A stretch of 64,000 nt of DNA from Callorhinchus milii. Taxonomy: Eukaryota. The notes beneath the pieces are model-generated. The model was not told the DNA's origin. It ran no database searches and saw nothing but the letters and a program-made list of their open reading frames with translations. The translations under genes were made by a program, and so were the position numbers. Below are positions 25,985 to 37,482 of this stretch, piece by piece (the stretch's first letter is position 1; each line of letters starts with the position of its first letter). The stretch covers positions 36,582,001 through 36,646,000 of the forward strand of contig NW_024704742.1 in assembly GCF_018977255.1 (NCBI RefSeq), written 5' to 3'.

Positions 25985-26420
25985 CAGGACGGACATGACC
26001 GGAGATCTGGACCCAGACCCAGACCCGGAGGGTTCATAAACAAGTTAAAGACTGACCAGAAAGGCGCCGCCAGGACACGGCGGAGCGGAGAGAAGGGCGT
26101 CCGGTGTGTGTGTGTGTGTGTGTGTCGAGGGCTCTCTCTCCTCTCCGGGGTTTACAGACAGGGCCCCTGTGAGGTGCCGGGGGGGGGGGTCGGTGCCGCT
26201 CCCGCTCTGCCTCCCCCGGTGCTGCCGGTGGCCATTTTCACCCGAGACTGAACCGATCCCAACCAACCCCGGAGTCAGAGCCACAACACACTCCCCTCCT
26301 CCTCCTCCCCTCACTCCCTCCTCCCTCACTCCCCCCCTCCTCCCCTCCCGCCCCGACACACAGTCACCGCACAGTCACCGCACAGTCACACAGCGCCTCC
26401 TCTGACCGCAGCCGCTCACT
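25985..26420 (-). promoter_or_regulatory. CpG island / probable promoter and first exon of the leftward gene (donor CTG|gtcagt, exon end 26057)
   Basis: CpG-dense GC-rich segment in AT-rich surroundings, GC boxes, canonical donor. Confidence 0.6.
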
Positions 26421-27360
26421 GCAACTCTCACTGTCACACTCACTCACTCACACCCTCACTGTCACACTCACTCACTCCCTCACTCACTCACACCCTCACT
26501 GTCACACTCACTCACTCCCTCACGCCCTCACTGTCACACTCACTCACTCACTCACACCCTCACTGTCACACTCACTCACACCCTCACTCACACCCTCACT
26601 GTCACACTCACTCACTCACTCACACCCTCACTGTCACACTCACTCACTCGCACCCTCACTGTCACTCACTCACTCACACCCTCACTGTCACACTCACTCA
26701 CTCCCTCACTGTCACACTCACTCACACCCTCACTCACTCACTCAGTCTAACCCTCACTGCAACCCTCACTGTCACCCTCACTCATTCACTGTCACCCTCA
26801 CTCACTCACACCCTCACTCTGCAACCCTCACTGTCACCCTCATTCAATCAGTCTGCAACCCTCACTGTAACCCTCACTCAGTCTGTAACCCTCACTGTAA
26901 CCCTCACTCAGTCTGTAACCCTCACTGTAACCCTCACTCAGTCTGTAACCCTCACTGTAACCCTCACTCAGTCTGTAACCCTCACTGTAACCCTCACTCA
27001 GTCTGTAACCCTCACTGTAACCCTCACTCAGTCTGTAACCCTCTCTTACTCAGTCTGTAGCCCTCACTGTAATCCTCACTCACTCACTCACTCACTCAGT
27101 CTGTAACTCTCACCGTAACCCTCACTTACTCAGTCTGTAAGCCCCACTGTAATACTCACTAACTCACTCACTCAGTCTGTCACCCTCACTGTGACCCTCA
27201 CTATAACCCTCACTAACTCAGTCTGTAACACTCATTTACTCAGTTGTAACCTTCACTCAGTCAGTCTGTAACCCTCACTGTAATCCTCACTTACTCAGTC
27301 TGTAACTCTCACTGTATCCCTCACTCACTCAGTCTGTAACTCTCACTGTAATCCTCACTT
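26420..27360. repeat. CACT-based simple repeat grading into a 30-bp minisatellite
   Basis: GTCTGTAACCCTCACTGTAACCCTCACTCA exact at 26881, 26911, 26941, 26971, 27001. Confidence 0.95.
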
Positions 27361-27589
27361 TCTCTCTCACTCATTCACCTATTCAGAGAGTTTGTGAAGC
27401 TCAATGCAATTCTCACCCACTCACTCATTCAGAAGGACTGAAATCCTCCCTACAATTGACTATCCTCCAGGATGGGGACCAAGGAGGGGAGGGGGGGGGG
27501 GGGGGGGTGGGGAGGTAAGTGGGCTCTCCTTGGAGCTGAAATGGCTCCAATGGTGACATGCCTGGCACAGGAATGTCAGAATTGAACCC

Positions 27590-28010
27590 ACCCCCTTTGG
27601 TGGTCTAAGTAGTCCAGTTCCTGAGCCAGGGCACTGCTGATGGCAGCACAGCCAGCCTGGCTAATTGGTAGGACCTGGAAGGGCAGACCGGTCACTGGGG
27701 GCAAGGAGTCACCCACTCAGCACCTGTTAGCCCTGCAGCCAAAGCCCTAATGGGTAGGGTGTTCCTGCTAGTGGACAAGCAGTGGGAAAGCTTCCCAGAC
27801 AGCAATATTCAATGGCAAGCTATGTGGTTTTAGCTGGTTAGACACACTTTGGGGTCCACAAGACTTGGATCTTACCAACCAGCGCCTAAAATTTTCAGGA
27901 ATTAGGTAAAGAGGATACGTCCCTCCAGTGCATTCCATCCCAACAATCTATCTCTGGGATTTCCATGTGAAGGTGATTGGTTTCCCCATGTGTCAAGACA
28001 CCCGGCTGAC
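27590..28010 (+). mobile_element. LF-SINE-like repeat copy
   Basis: Colinear with 6860-7960 minus the L2 insert; same 3' end TGTCAAGACACCCGG.TGACC. Confidence 0.7.
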
Positions 28011-28099
28011 CAAAGAAAATCACTGCAATTCTCAACCACTTACTCATTAAGAGGACTGCAACTCTCAATGACTAACTCAGAAGGCCTGCAACGCTCACC

Positions 28100-29260
28100 C
28101 TGGAGAAACGCGGGCTTTAGTTGTCATTTTATATTTATTAACAGCTTTTCTTTTACCTATCCTCACCTAACAAAAATCATCTAACAACACTTACTCACTC
28201 AGGGGTCTGTGACACTCATGCTCATACTGGAGAAATACTTGGGAGAAAGTAGGCGGCATGAGTTTAAAATTTTACTTTACCTATCCCCCCACCATTCAAC
28301 AAAAGTCTTCTGATAACAGCTGCTCACTGCAACACTCTCTCAGGGGTACTGTACACTTGAGAAACACAACACATGTCATCTGATGGAAAGGGGGGCATGA
28401 GTTCATTTTTTTTGTATCAATAACAGTTGCATTGATACCAGCTTTCCTGCACAACAAAAATCCTTTGACAGCAACTTCTCACTGCAACACAGTACAGGAA
28501 CACAATCAACACATGCCATCTGCTGGAAAGGGGGAAGACGATTTTATCATCTTGCATCTATAAGCCTATGTTCCCCACCCCCACTTAAAGCTGACAGCAG
28601 CTGCTCACTGGAACTCACACTCAAAGAATTGCAACACACCAGGAAAAGGAGGAGAAGTGCAACCAATACATGCCATCTACTGGAAAGGGGGCAGACTATT
28701 TGCTCATCTTGCATTAATAAAAACCTCCCTCACTCTGCCCCCATAAACTCTTACAACAACTGCCCTCTGCAACCTAAACTCACTCAGGGGAACTTCAACA
28801 CATACTGAAAGAGAGGGAAGAGAAACACAACTAAAACATGTCACCTGGTGGAAAGAGGAGGTGATTTTATAATCTTGCAATCATAACAACCCTTTCTTTC
28901 CCCTCCCAGTAAAACCTGTGATTGAAATTGCTCAAGGCAACCCACACTCACTCGGGGGAACTGCAACAGACTAGTGGAGAGGGAAGAGAGAAACAACACA
29001 TCTGCGGAAAGGAAAAAAAGATTTTATCATCTTGGATTAATTATAATCTTCCCGCTCCCCCGCCCCCCAAACAAACTGAAAGCAGCTCACACTCAGGGCA
29101 ATACAACACACATCAGAGGGAAAAGTCACACAATCAACTGCCTTTTTATACACGTGCATGATATCTGCTTGAAAGGGAGAAGCTTTTATTATCTTGAAAT
29201 AATAATAAACTCCAGCCATGCGCCTGCCCCCCAAAAAATACTCTGATGTTAAAATCATGG
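28100..29260. repeat. Diverged tandem array, ~140-170 bp unit, ~7-8 units
   Basis: Recurring CATGYCATCTGYTGGAAAGGG, ATTTTATCATCTTGCA and CACTCAGGG blocks. Confidence 0.8.
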
Positions 29261-29759
29261 ATGTTAGCATGAATGTTTCTTAGCTTGGCTCTTTTGGTAG
29301 CATTGGGTCAGAAGGTTGTGGGTTCAAACTCATAGTCCAGGCTGAAGCGCCTGTGCAAATACTGGAGATAATGCTTCATTATTGGAGGTGCCATCCTTCA
29401 GACGATATGTTAACCAAGGTCCCATCTGTGTGGTCATTGTTGTCATTCACGTCATGGCTGTTTGTGGAACACTGCACAAAATAGTCACCATATTTGCCTA
29501 CAAATACACAATCACTACACCTGGCAGCAATACCCAGTGCTTTGAGACTGTTTTTATTTTGATCAGTCAGGTGTACCTAACATATGCGGAAACCCATCAC
29601 ATTGCTTAAGAGTTTCCAAACCAGACTAAAAGTTCTACATATGTATGATACCTAAGCATGGAAATTTCCCTATGTCTGGAACGGACTGTGGACTTGCTTC
29701 CCGTAGGGTTTCATTTTACTCATTTAATTCCACAAAGTATTAAGCACAGGTTGTTGAGA

Positions 29760-29925
29760 GCCAAAGCTTGGGGCCCCGAGCGTGTGTTTGGGTACTGCAG
29801 GAAGTTTACCAACGAAAACCGTACAGCTTGCCATTGAAAGCAGTGTCTGGCAAACTTCCTGCTGCTTGTCCAGCTACAACCACCCAACCATTAGGATTTT
29901 GTCTTGCAGGTTTAATAGTAGCTGA
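29760..29925 (-). mobile_element. LF-SINE-like repeat fragment
   Basis: Reverse complement of about 7600-7760. Confidence 0.6.
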
Positions 29926-32900
29926 ACTGCCACAAAAGGTTGACTAAATCCTGTCATTTCTTTGCCAAGCAAGTCATTTTGGAACCAGCTCATTTCTGAG
30001 GTGACGATTCAATGTTATTGGGATTATATCAAATGCCCAGATTATTATTATCATTATATGGAGTTTGGATTGAGTGGTAATGACTGTTGTGCTGCATTGC
30101 TCATTATGGAAAACTAACACCTGGCCACATTGCTAGGTTATTGCTGCAGATAGATTTTGGCACAGAGTGGCCTATCATTATCTAGTTCAATGGTACTGAA
30201 TTCAATAGCAATAAATTGGTATTCTTCCTTGCTTGCCAGAGAAGACTACAATATTCCATCACTGGGTGAAAATGACCTTGTAAATCATTGATGTTATTGA
30301 GGGTAGGCAAAAAATTCTTCAGAATTAACTACTGCAGCTTTTCAGCTGTCCGCAGCACGGTTGCTCTAGTTTAACTGAGATATTGTAAGCATTAAACTGG
30401 ATATTTGTAATCAGAAGAGCTTCAATTTAATTTATAAAGTAAAGGGAATATTGCAGAGTTCCTTTCTCAACATTTGATGTCTTGGTCCTTCCATTATTGA
30501 AGATAATACATTACAGTATATTTCATTCCAATTTTGCAAACAGTTATCTTTCAGATGGAATGGAATATCAATTTTTGTGGCAATTAACAGCCATTGATGA
30601 AAATGAAGAACAGCATAGAATTAATAATGCTGCACGTCTTCAAGAAACCACTACGTAGATGCTATGATAAGAAGATGAATATTCCTGAATCATGACCCAG
30701 ATATTATATTCAACAAGAAAAAAAAGAAAAGGAAAATAGGATAGTTAAGTGGATACTTCCACTGGGGGTGGGAGTACAGCACAATCACGATAAGCCAAAG
30801 ATGCTTCTTCTGTGTTGAAATGCCTATGATTTCTGTAAATTAAATAATTATCTCAAAAGCTCATCAGATAAAATCATAAGGGTTCAGCTTCGACCAGACT
30901 GGAAAAAGATGAGGACTGCTGCTGTGACTTAATGGTTGGTTCAAGAGAATCATTCTATTTCTGGACCATTCAATTGAGAACATCACTGATTTGTATGCCC
31001 TGAAACAAAAAAATACTGACTGCATGGCAAGTTGTTGCAATTGAGATTGTAATGCGGTTCCTGTTTACAGTGACATTCTTATCTTTTAGGCATTTATAGA
31101 TGCCAAGCAAAATCTTGACACAAGCAATTTGTTACCAGGTATTAATCCTTTCATTATTTCATGGTTACTGTGGATATATTCATCCCTGATATTAACCAAA
31201 TTATATTTTTGTTTTATTCATGGCATTCTGTTGAACACTACTCTGCTTTATTATTTTGTCTGTTCTATTTTATTGAGTCATATTTATTATACATTATAGG
31301 GTGATATGTAAATTGAACAACACTACCAGGAGAATACCTAATAGATTTGATTTGAGCTGAACATTGGAGAAATATGTATGATGGAGCATAATCTAATAAT
31401 TTAAACCAGATCAGTTGGTGAAGTCTGAACTTTGTGAATGTAGGCTTGATCGGGGGCCTTTAATGATTTAAAATAGGGCCCTTAAAGCCTGAAGACTTCA
31501 CAGTTTATTTTTGTGTCTAATATCCTAAGGTAGGTGAGTGGGTGAGAGGTTATCTAAGGTGGATATGCTCTTAGCTGGGTCATTTATTCGACTACTGATG
31601 CCCAAAAACATTTTCTACCCAGAGGCATCTGCAGTGCAGGATTTATTTTTTATAGAAATATTTTCATCAGGTAGGTTGTCTGCCATAATGTCATGTAGGT
31701 CTTGTGTACTTACTCATTTTATATGAGTTTTATTCATTTGACCGGTAGCAATGTTACTATCTTCAGGTCTAATATTTCACACAAACAATCTAGCTGGCTT
31801 TTCTATCACATATTCTGATACTTAATCTTAATGTATTCAGGGCATTCGAAGCACAATACTATTAAGATTTCTGAGAAACATTTATAAATGTGTGAATGCA
31901 TCCATAACCCATTCATTTCCCTCCATTCCTCCACACTGCTTCTGTGTCAGGCAGTGCAGATGTGGGATTGCATTATCACATCTGTCATTGTAACATCCCA
32001 TCTGGGAAACAGTGACAGACTGCTCAGGGATGATAAGAATATAGTTTTCTCAGTTACATCTGGATGATAGGAGTATGTAGCCACAGACTGTTCATATTTT
32101 CAAAATAGCACCATTGAATAGGTAGCAAATTGTATTTGTTTGTAATCTTAATCTTTTTTGTCAACATTGATACATTTGTTTGACAGATCTTTGGTAACAG
32201 CACCATGTTTCAAGTACTTTTAGACTCAGTACTAATTATAGAATACTTAATTAAGGCTTTGTCACACACACAATAAACACAATTGATACAGTACTGTACT
32301 ACTTGTTTCTCCCAGAATCATGTGATAAACAAGTACTGTATAGTTCATTTCCACACTTAAAATGTTACAAAAACTATTGCATGACGTGCTTTCCATTTCT
32401 AAAAACACCAATTTATACAAGATGCCAAAGTAATCCACAACAAGGGCACACAGTGGTTCAAACTCAGAAGAGGGAAGGTGAAACAAAGCTTTACATTTAA
32501 TTAATTTACACAGAGTTGTGAATATGTAGGAGAGAGAAAGAGCCGAGAGGAAGCAGTTGGGTGAACAATGTTGGCAAATTCAAGGGATTGAGTTAGCCAG
32601 ACGCCTGTTGAAAGAAACTACAGTATTTAAAAACAAGTACATTGTCTGGTATTTGTCAAGCTTTAGGATGGGCCATGTTGACCAGAATGCTCCCTTCCAG
32701 TATCCTGTATTCTATTCTGCTACACTGAGGTATTATTAACAGACTAAACTGTAGCAATCGCGATGATATTTATTTTCACTCATCAGCATGAATATACCTC
32801 ATAAGCAAGAAAGGCACAGTTAATGTTTTTGGGTCACCTTACTTATGAAACTAAAAATCATGCTACAAATGTTTCCATAATGTATTCCCTATTTGTAAGA

Positions 32901-33611
32901 ACAAATTCCAATGATTATTTCACTAATCCTGGAAAACCACAACTCATCTGTGCCTGCGCTTGATGAGTTATGGGCCTTTCATACTTGTGAAAGATGTGTT
33001 ATAAATCATTGTCACTGGAAAAATATCCTTCTTTACTATACAAATAACAGTTACCAAATAACTCAAAAATGACATTCTTGCAACTAATTTACTTTGACCA
33101 ATTGTACACATCTATAATATAAATTATATAACATTTCCATTGTACTATTTTGTTTAAGACGGGAGATTTGGGGAAATTCAAAGGGAAAAAAATGCATTGC
33201 TTCTAGGTAAGATTTGATAGGGAAACCAGAGGCTTAACCGTAGTACATCATTTTAAAATTATTTACCATTTGAAACCATAGTGGGAGTGCAGTTATCATT
33301 CAGTGAGGAGAGCCAGAATGGAGGGATAAGAGCAACAATATGGTGGAGGTAAAGGAAAGCGCTCCTGGTCTGGGATTGAATGTGGGGAAGGAAGGACAGG
33401 TGTGGGTCGAACCTGAAGCCTAGGTTGCGCACTGGTTCCGTGAGTCTGAGGATAAGCCGGGGAGGTTGAGGAGGTCAGAATGGCAGGATAGAAGATGTCG
33501 ACGAAAGCCAATGAGTATGGCTTCCATCTTGTCAATATTGAATTGTAGGAAGTTTTCGCTCATCTAGGCCCTGAGGTCTGAGGTTTATAATTAAACTCAA
33601 TTTTTATCACT

Positions 33612-33929
33612 AATAATAAAATAATAATAATAATCCTTGCATTTGATATAGCGCTTTTCATGTCGGGAGGACGTCCCAAAGTGCTTCACAGAACACATTG
33701 TAAAGTGAATTGACTGTATATTTGTGGGTGAACGCGGCAGCCAATTGCGCACAGCAATGTCCCACAAACAGTCGTAGTTTGAAAATGACCACATTATTAT
33801 TGTTTTTGGTTTTGGAGGGATTATTATTAGACGTGTGGAGTAAGGAAACTTGCCCAAGGTTTCGCCCTGCCTGGAATTGAACTCAGGTCTCTCGCTTGCA
33901 AAGCTACACTGAGCTACAGGACTCCACAC
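33612..33929 (-). mobile_element. tRNA-Ala SINE (short subfamily)
   Basis: Full-length antisense copy with a small deletion in the head. Confidence 0.9.
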
Positions 33930-34486
33930 CTCAACTAATCAACATCAATAGTGGTATTTTCCTTTGAATGCCAGGAATAAAAAGGTATATTTAAGTGTAT
34001 TGCTTAATACATATACTTTAGTATCTGCGTGTCAGCCTGGCTCAGTTGGTAGCACTCTCACCTCTCTGAATTAGAAAGTTTTGGGATTAAGCCCCATGTC
34101 ATAAGAACATAGGAACTGGAGTAGGACATTCAGCCCCATTCAAACCTAACAATATGCACAGTTGGGTGCAAATTACCCCCAAAATATATCAAAATAGATT
34201 TTTGATATTTTGCATTTGGTGCTGTGAGAGAAAGGGTCACATAAATGTTATTGTGATTGCCTGAGAGTCCACATAAATACCATTGGGATTGTCACAATTT
34301 TGTATCTATCAAATACCCTGGTAGTCCACTTCAACCAGTAGCTTCCAATTCCAGCTGCATTTGGTATCACTCCTCTTGTACCTCAGCGAGTTGTTTTAAT
34401 GTAAGATTATTATGGCTAAGACAATGTTTTAAGTTCACATAAGAAAATGGCCCATAAGAGCCTTTTTAAACAAATCAACAAAATCC

Positions 34487-34505
34487 ACACTGCCATCTGG
34501 TGGAA
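34487..34505 (-). promoter_or_regulatory. Candidate CTCF binding site
   Basis: Minus strand reads CCACCAGATGGCAGTGTG, matching the core consensus CCASYAGRKGGCR, with a TGCTGTTCC upstream-motif-like element 5' of it. Confidence 0.6.
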
Positions 34506-34719
34506 GTAATGGAACAGCACTGAATAAGTAAGAAGCAATCTCTGTATCTTGTGTATTATTCAAATCATTGCAATATTTCAGTTTGCTTCTTACAGGTTTT
34601 ATTGTAAAATCTATTCACTTAATGTATGTGTGAGCAAATAGCAGGAAATATAAGTTAAATTGAGGAAATTAGGTAGATTTGTGTTCACTGAAAGATGAAA
34701 CAAAGAATTTTGCTTCTTG

Positions 34720-34950
34720 TGTAGAACCATAGAGGTCATAGAAATTTACAGGCCATGAAGGCCACTTGGCTGATCGTGTCTGTGCCAGATTCTTTAAGAG
34801 CAATTATTTTAGTCCCATTTGCCTGCTTTTTCCTATATCCCTGTAGTTGACTCCTTTTATGGTATTTATCCAATTCCCCTTTTAAAGCCAATAAGGATTC
34901 TGCCTCAACCACCATTCCCAGTAGAGCATTCCATATCCTAACTATTCTGT
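34720..34950 (-). mobile_element. CR1 3' fragment
   Basis: CATAGAAATTTACAG...; TTTATCCAATTCCC..TTAAA; AGAGCATTCCA (antisense of WNALP). Confidence 0.65.
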
Positions 34951-36534
34951 GTTACAGTACAATTCAACAGCATTTCACCCACAAACTACAGCCAATTCAG
35001 TTTACAATATATTCTGTGAAGAACTTCCAGATGTCTTTGAGAAGTGATAAGCCGCTGTTATTAAATCCAAGGATTAAATTAATAAAGAGGCCATTGAAAC
35101 AAATCCTGTAAAAAGATTCAGTAGAGAACCAGATGCAATTCTGAAGAGACATGCGATGGGATGATATAGTGAGAAAATAGGATTGGTAGTCAAAAAGGGG
35201 CAGTGAAATGACCTTTGCCTTTTCTTAAATATTACTTTCTTCATGTATGCCAAACATGAATGTTAACATCACCTATAGTAAAGTAATTGTCCCAAAGAGA
35301 ACGGTAATATTGTCACGAGTGTATCACAATGTTAGCACAATGACATAGGTACAATGGTCAAATTATGTCCTCTGTGTTGCAAATATTCTATGATGCTAAC
35401 TTCAGGTATTGGTGAATATCAAATAAATTTGGACAAATCAGTCAAGACACTGACATTAGCCCATCTGAAAATGTCATTGAATTATGCAATGCAATTCTGG
35501 TTCCCGGTGCTGGAGCTTTTTTGCTTTTTTTTTTGTCAGCATTCTGTGTACTTTCCACCATTTTCAAAGTATTATGCGAAAATTTGCATGGTTCCTTGTA
35601 CAATATGCTTTCAATTATGCAAACATAAGAGGATCACCAACAGAGACTGTCAGTACTCTGCAAGCAATACAATCATATTCTGTTGAAACTTTAACATTTA
35701 AACCATATTTACTCTGGTGATACACTTCATTATTATATAGCTACATTGTTATCTAATATATTTCCTTGGCTGAAGCACAATTGCAGTTTGAGCAGATACG
35801 TTTTCCTGTGCACTTTCGGAACAGTACTAGTTATTTCATGTAGTTTACACCAGTTAGAATACTGTTACAATGTTAAGACTATTTGATGTGATACTTTTCC
35901 TGAGAAAAAACATCATTATTTCAAATTATTGAAAAATACTGTCAGATCTGTCTTCAACAACTACTCAAGTGACTGGGCCAAAATGGCCTTCATATAAGGG
36001 CGGCCTCTGGCTAAGGGTTTGTTTGTGTGTTTTCTATCTGTGATTCAGGGTGGTTGTTAGCAGGAGGTGGTAGCTGAATGGAGCTGGATGCTTGAACAGG
36101 TTTGACTGTACGCCAAGCAGACTGATATAATCTGGATGGAGTTCTTAATTCAGCGCCTTGGTACGTTCTTGCTATATAGATGCAATTTGTTGTCATCACA
36201 GTCTGAAGATGTTATCTTGGCAGATGTGTGTTTTGATCATGAAATATTGTTAAGGAATGTTATTTTTGAAATAAATGAATAATTAACATTTAACAGTCTC
36301 ATTATGTGTGTGTAATAGGTAGTTATTAGTTTTATTTCAAGTATATATGGTGGGAAATGAATAATTTTGCTTTGCTTTAAAAACACAAAATGTTGTTAGC
36401 TTGAAACTGGCAAAAAATGATTGCAATGCAATTGAGAACTTTCATTATTGTAGCAAAGTAATAGATGATTTGAACAGTTTGACACATTTTTTGAAAATAT
36501 TAGATTTTGTAACCAAAGCAATCATTTTCAAAAG

Positions 36535-36540
36535 TTTATT
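36535..36540 (-). terminator. Candidate polyadenylation signal of the ICME-like gene
   Basis: AATAAA on the minus strand about 710 nt after the stop, at the end of an AU-rich stretch. Confidence 0.45.
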
Positions 36541-37250
36541 ACACATTAGACCCTTCTAATAAACCTTCAAATCTCTTTATAGTTGGTTTCAGATGTACAA
36601 CTTTCTCAGTTTAATCATACTATTCAAGCAGTAACATTCACTTCCAAGAAAATTATAGACGTCATACAGGTTCAAGAGCATGAAGGTCAACCGATTTCAA
36701 AAGCAGTTAGACAGCAGTGTGTGGAGAAAATACTATTTTTCTGGATTGTAAACTTAGCAATTGTTTACTGCTAGATTTTCATATTACTCAAGCAATAAAT
36801 AAATCGAATGCCATCTTTAATAGGTTCTTTGTCTTTTATGACACACTTTAGAAAATGAAATGGCTTGGTAACCACCCAAGACAATATAATGTTTTGCATC
36901 TACTGATGTTGAAAGTCAGTGTAAAACCGTTCCAAAATATGATAAACAGACATGCCGCAGTCAAATAATTAAACAAACCAGTTATTTTTACAGCATAATT
37001 GCAAACCACTATTGTTCCTATTTTTTCCAGATAAAAATGTCACCTACATTAAAGCAACAAATAACAAAACATGATTTTTGAATGGTAAAGCAAATTGATG
37101 GAATTACGTTGTCAACTTTTATGTGAAGTTGCATGTCAGTTTGTCATTGGTAATAACAACAGGAGGTAACTCTTAAAAGATTTTAGTGGATCGAAGAATA
37201 AACAAAAACAAAAAAAGTCAACATTTAAAAACATTAAAATCAAATTTTGT

Positions 37251-37482
37251 CTACTTATTCAAAAATGTATCAATTTCCCGTTTAAAGTAGCCAAAGAGTA
37301 AATGATAATATTTTCGTTTGGAGTCCATGAGATCCATTATAATGTTGATATGGTCAATTTCTGGCAGCAGATGAAGGGCCACGTCACCTGATGCAAATGT
37401 CAATGCATGAGAAAATTTCACCGTGGAATCCACAGGCACAATCTTATCTTTGGTGCCATGAAGCAAAGCAAAACGGGGCAAC
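37251..37482 (-). CDS. ICME-like last coding exon ([16 protein letters not shown]...EIDH...TFLNK*)
   Basis: ttctag acceptor, TAG at 37253-37251, catalytic Asp/His motifs. Confidence 0.92.

Noticed and set aside
26860..27040. CRISPR-like or telomeric array
   Set aside because: Head-to-tail 30-bp units without unique spacers; TAACCC is not tandemly repeated; eukaryotic context.
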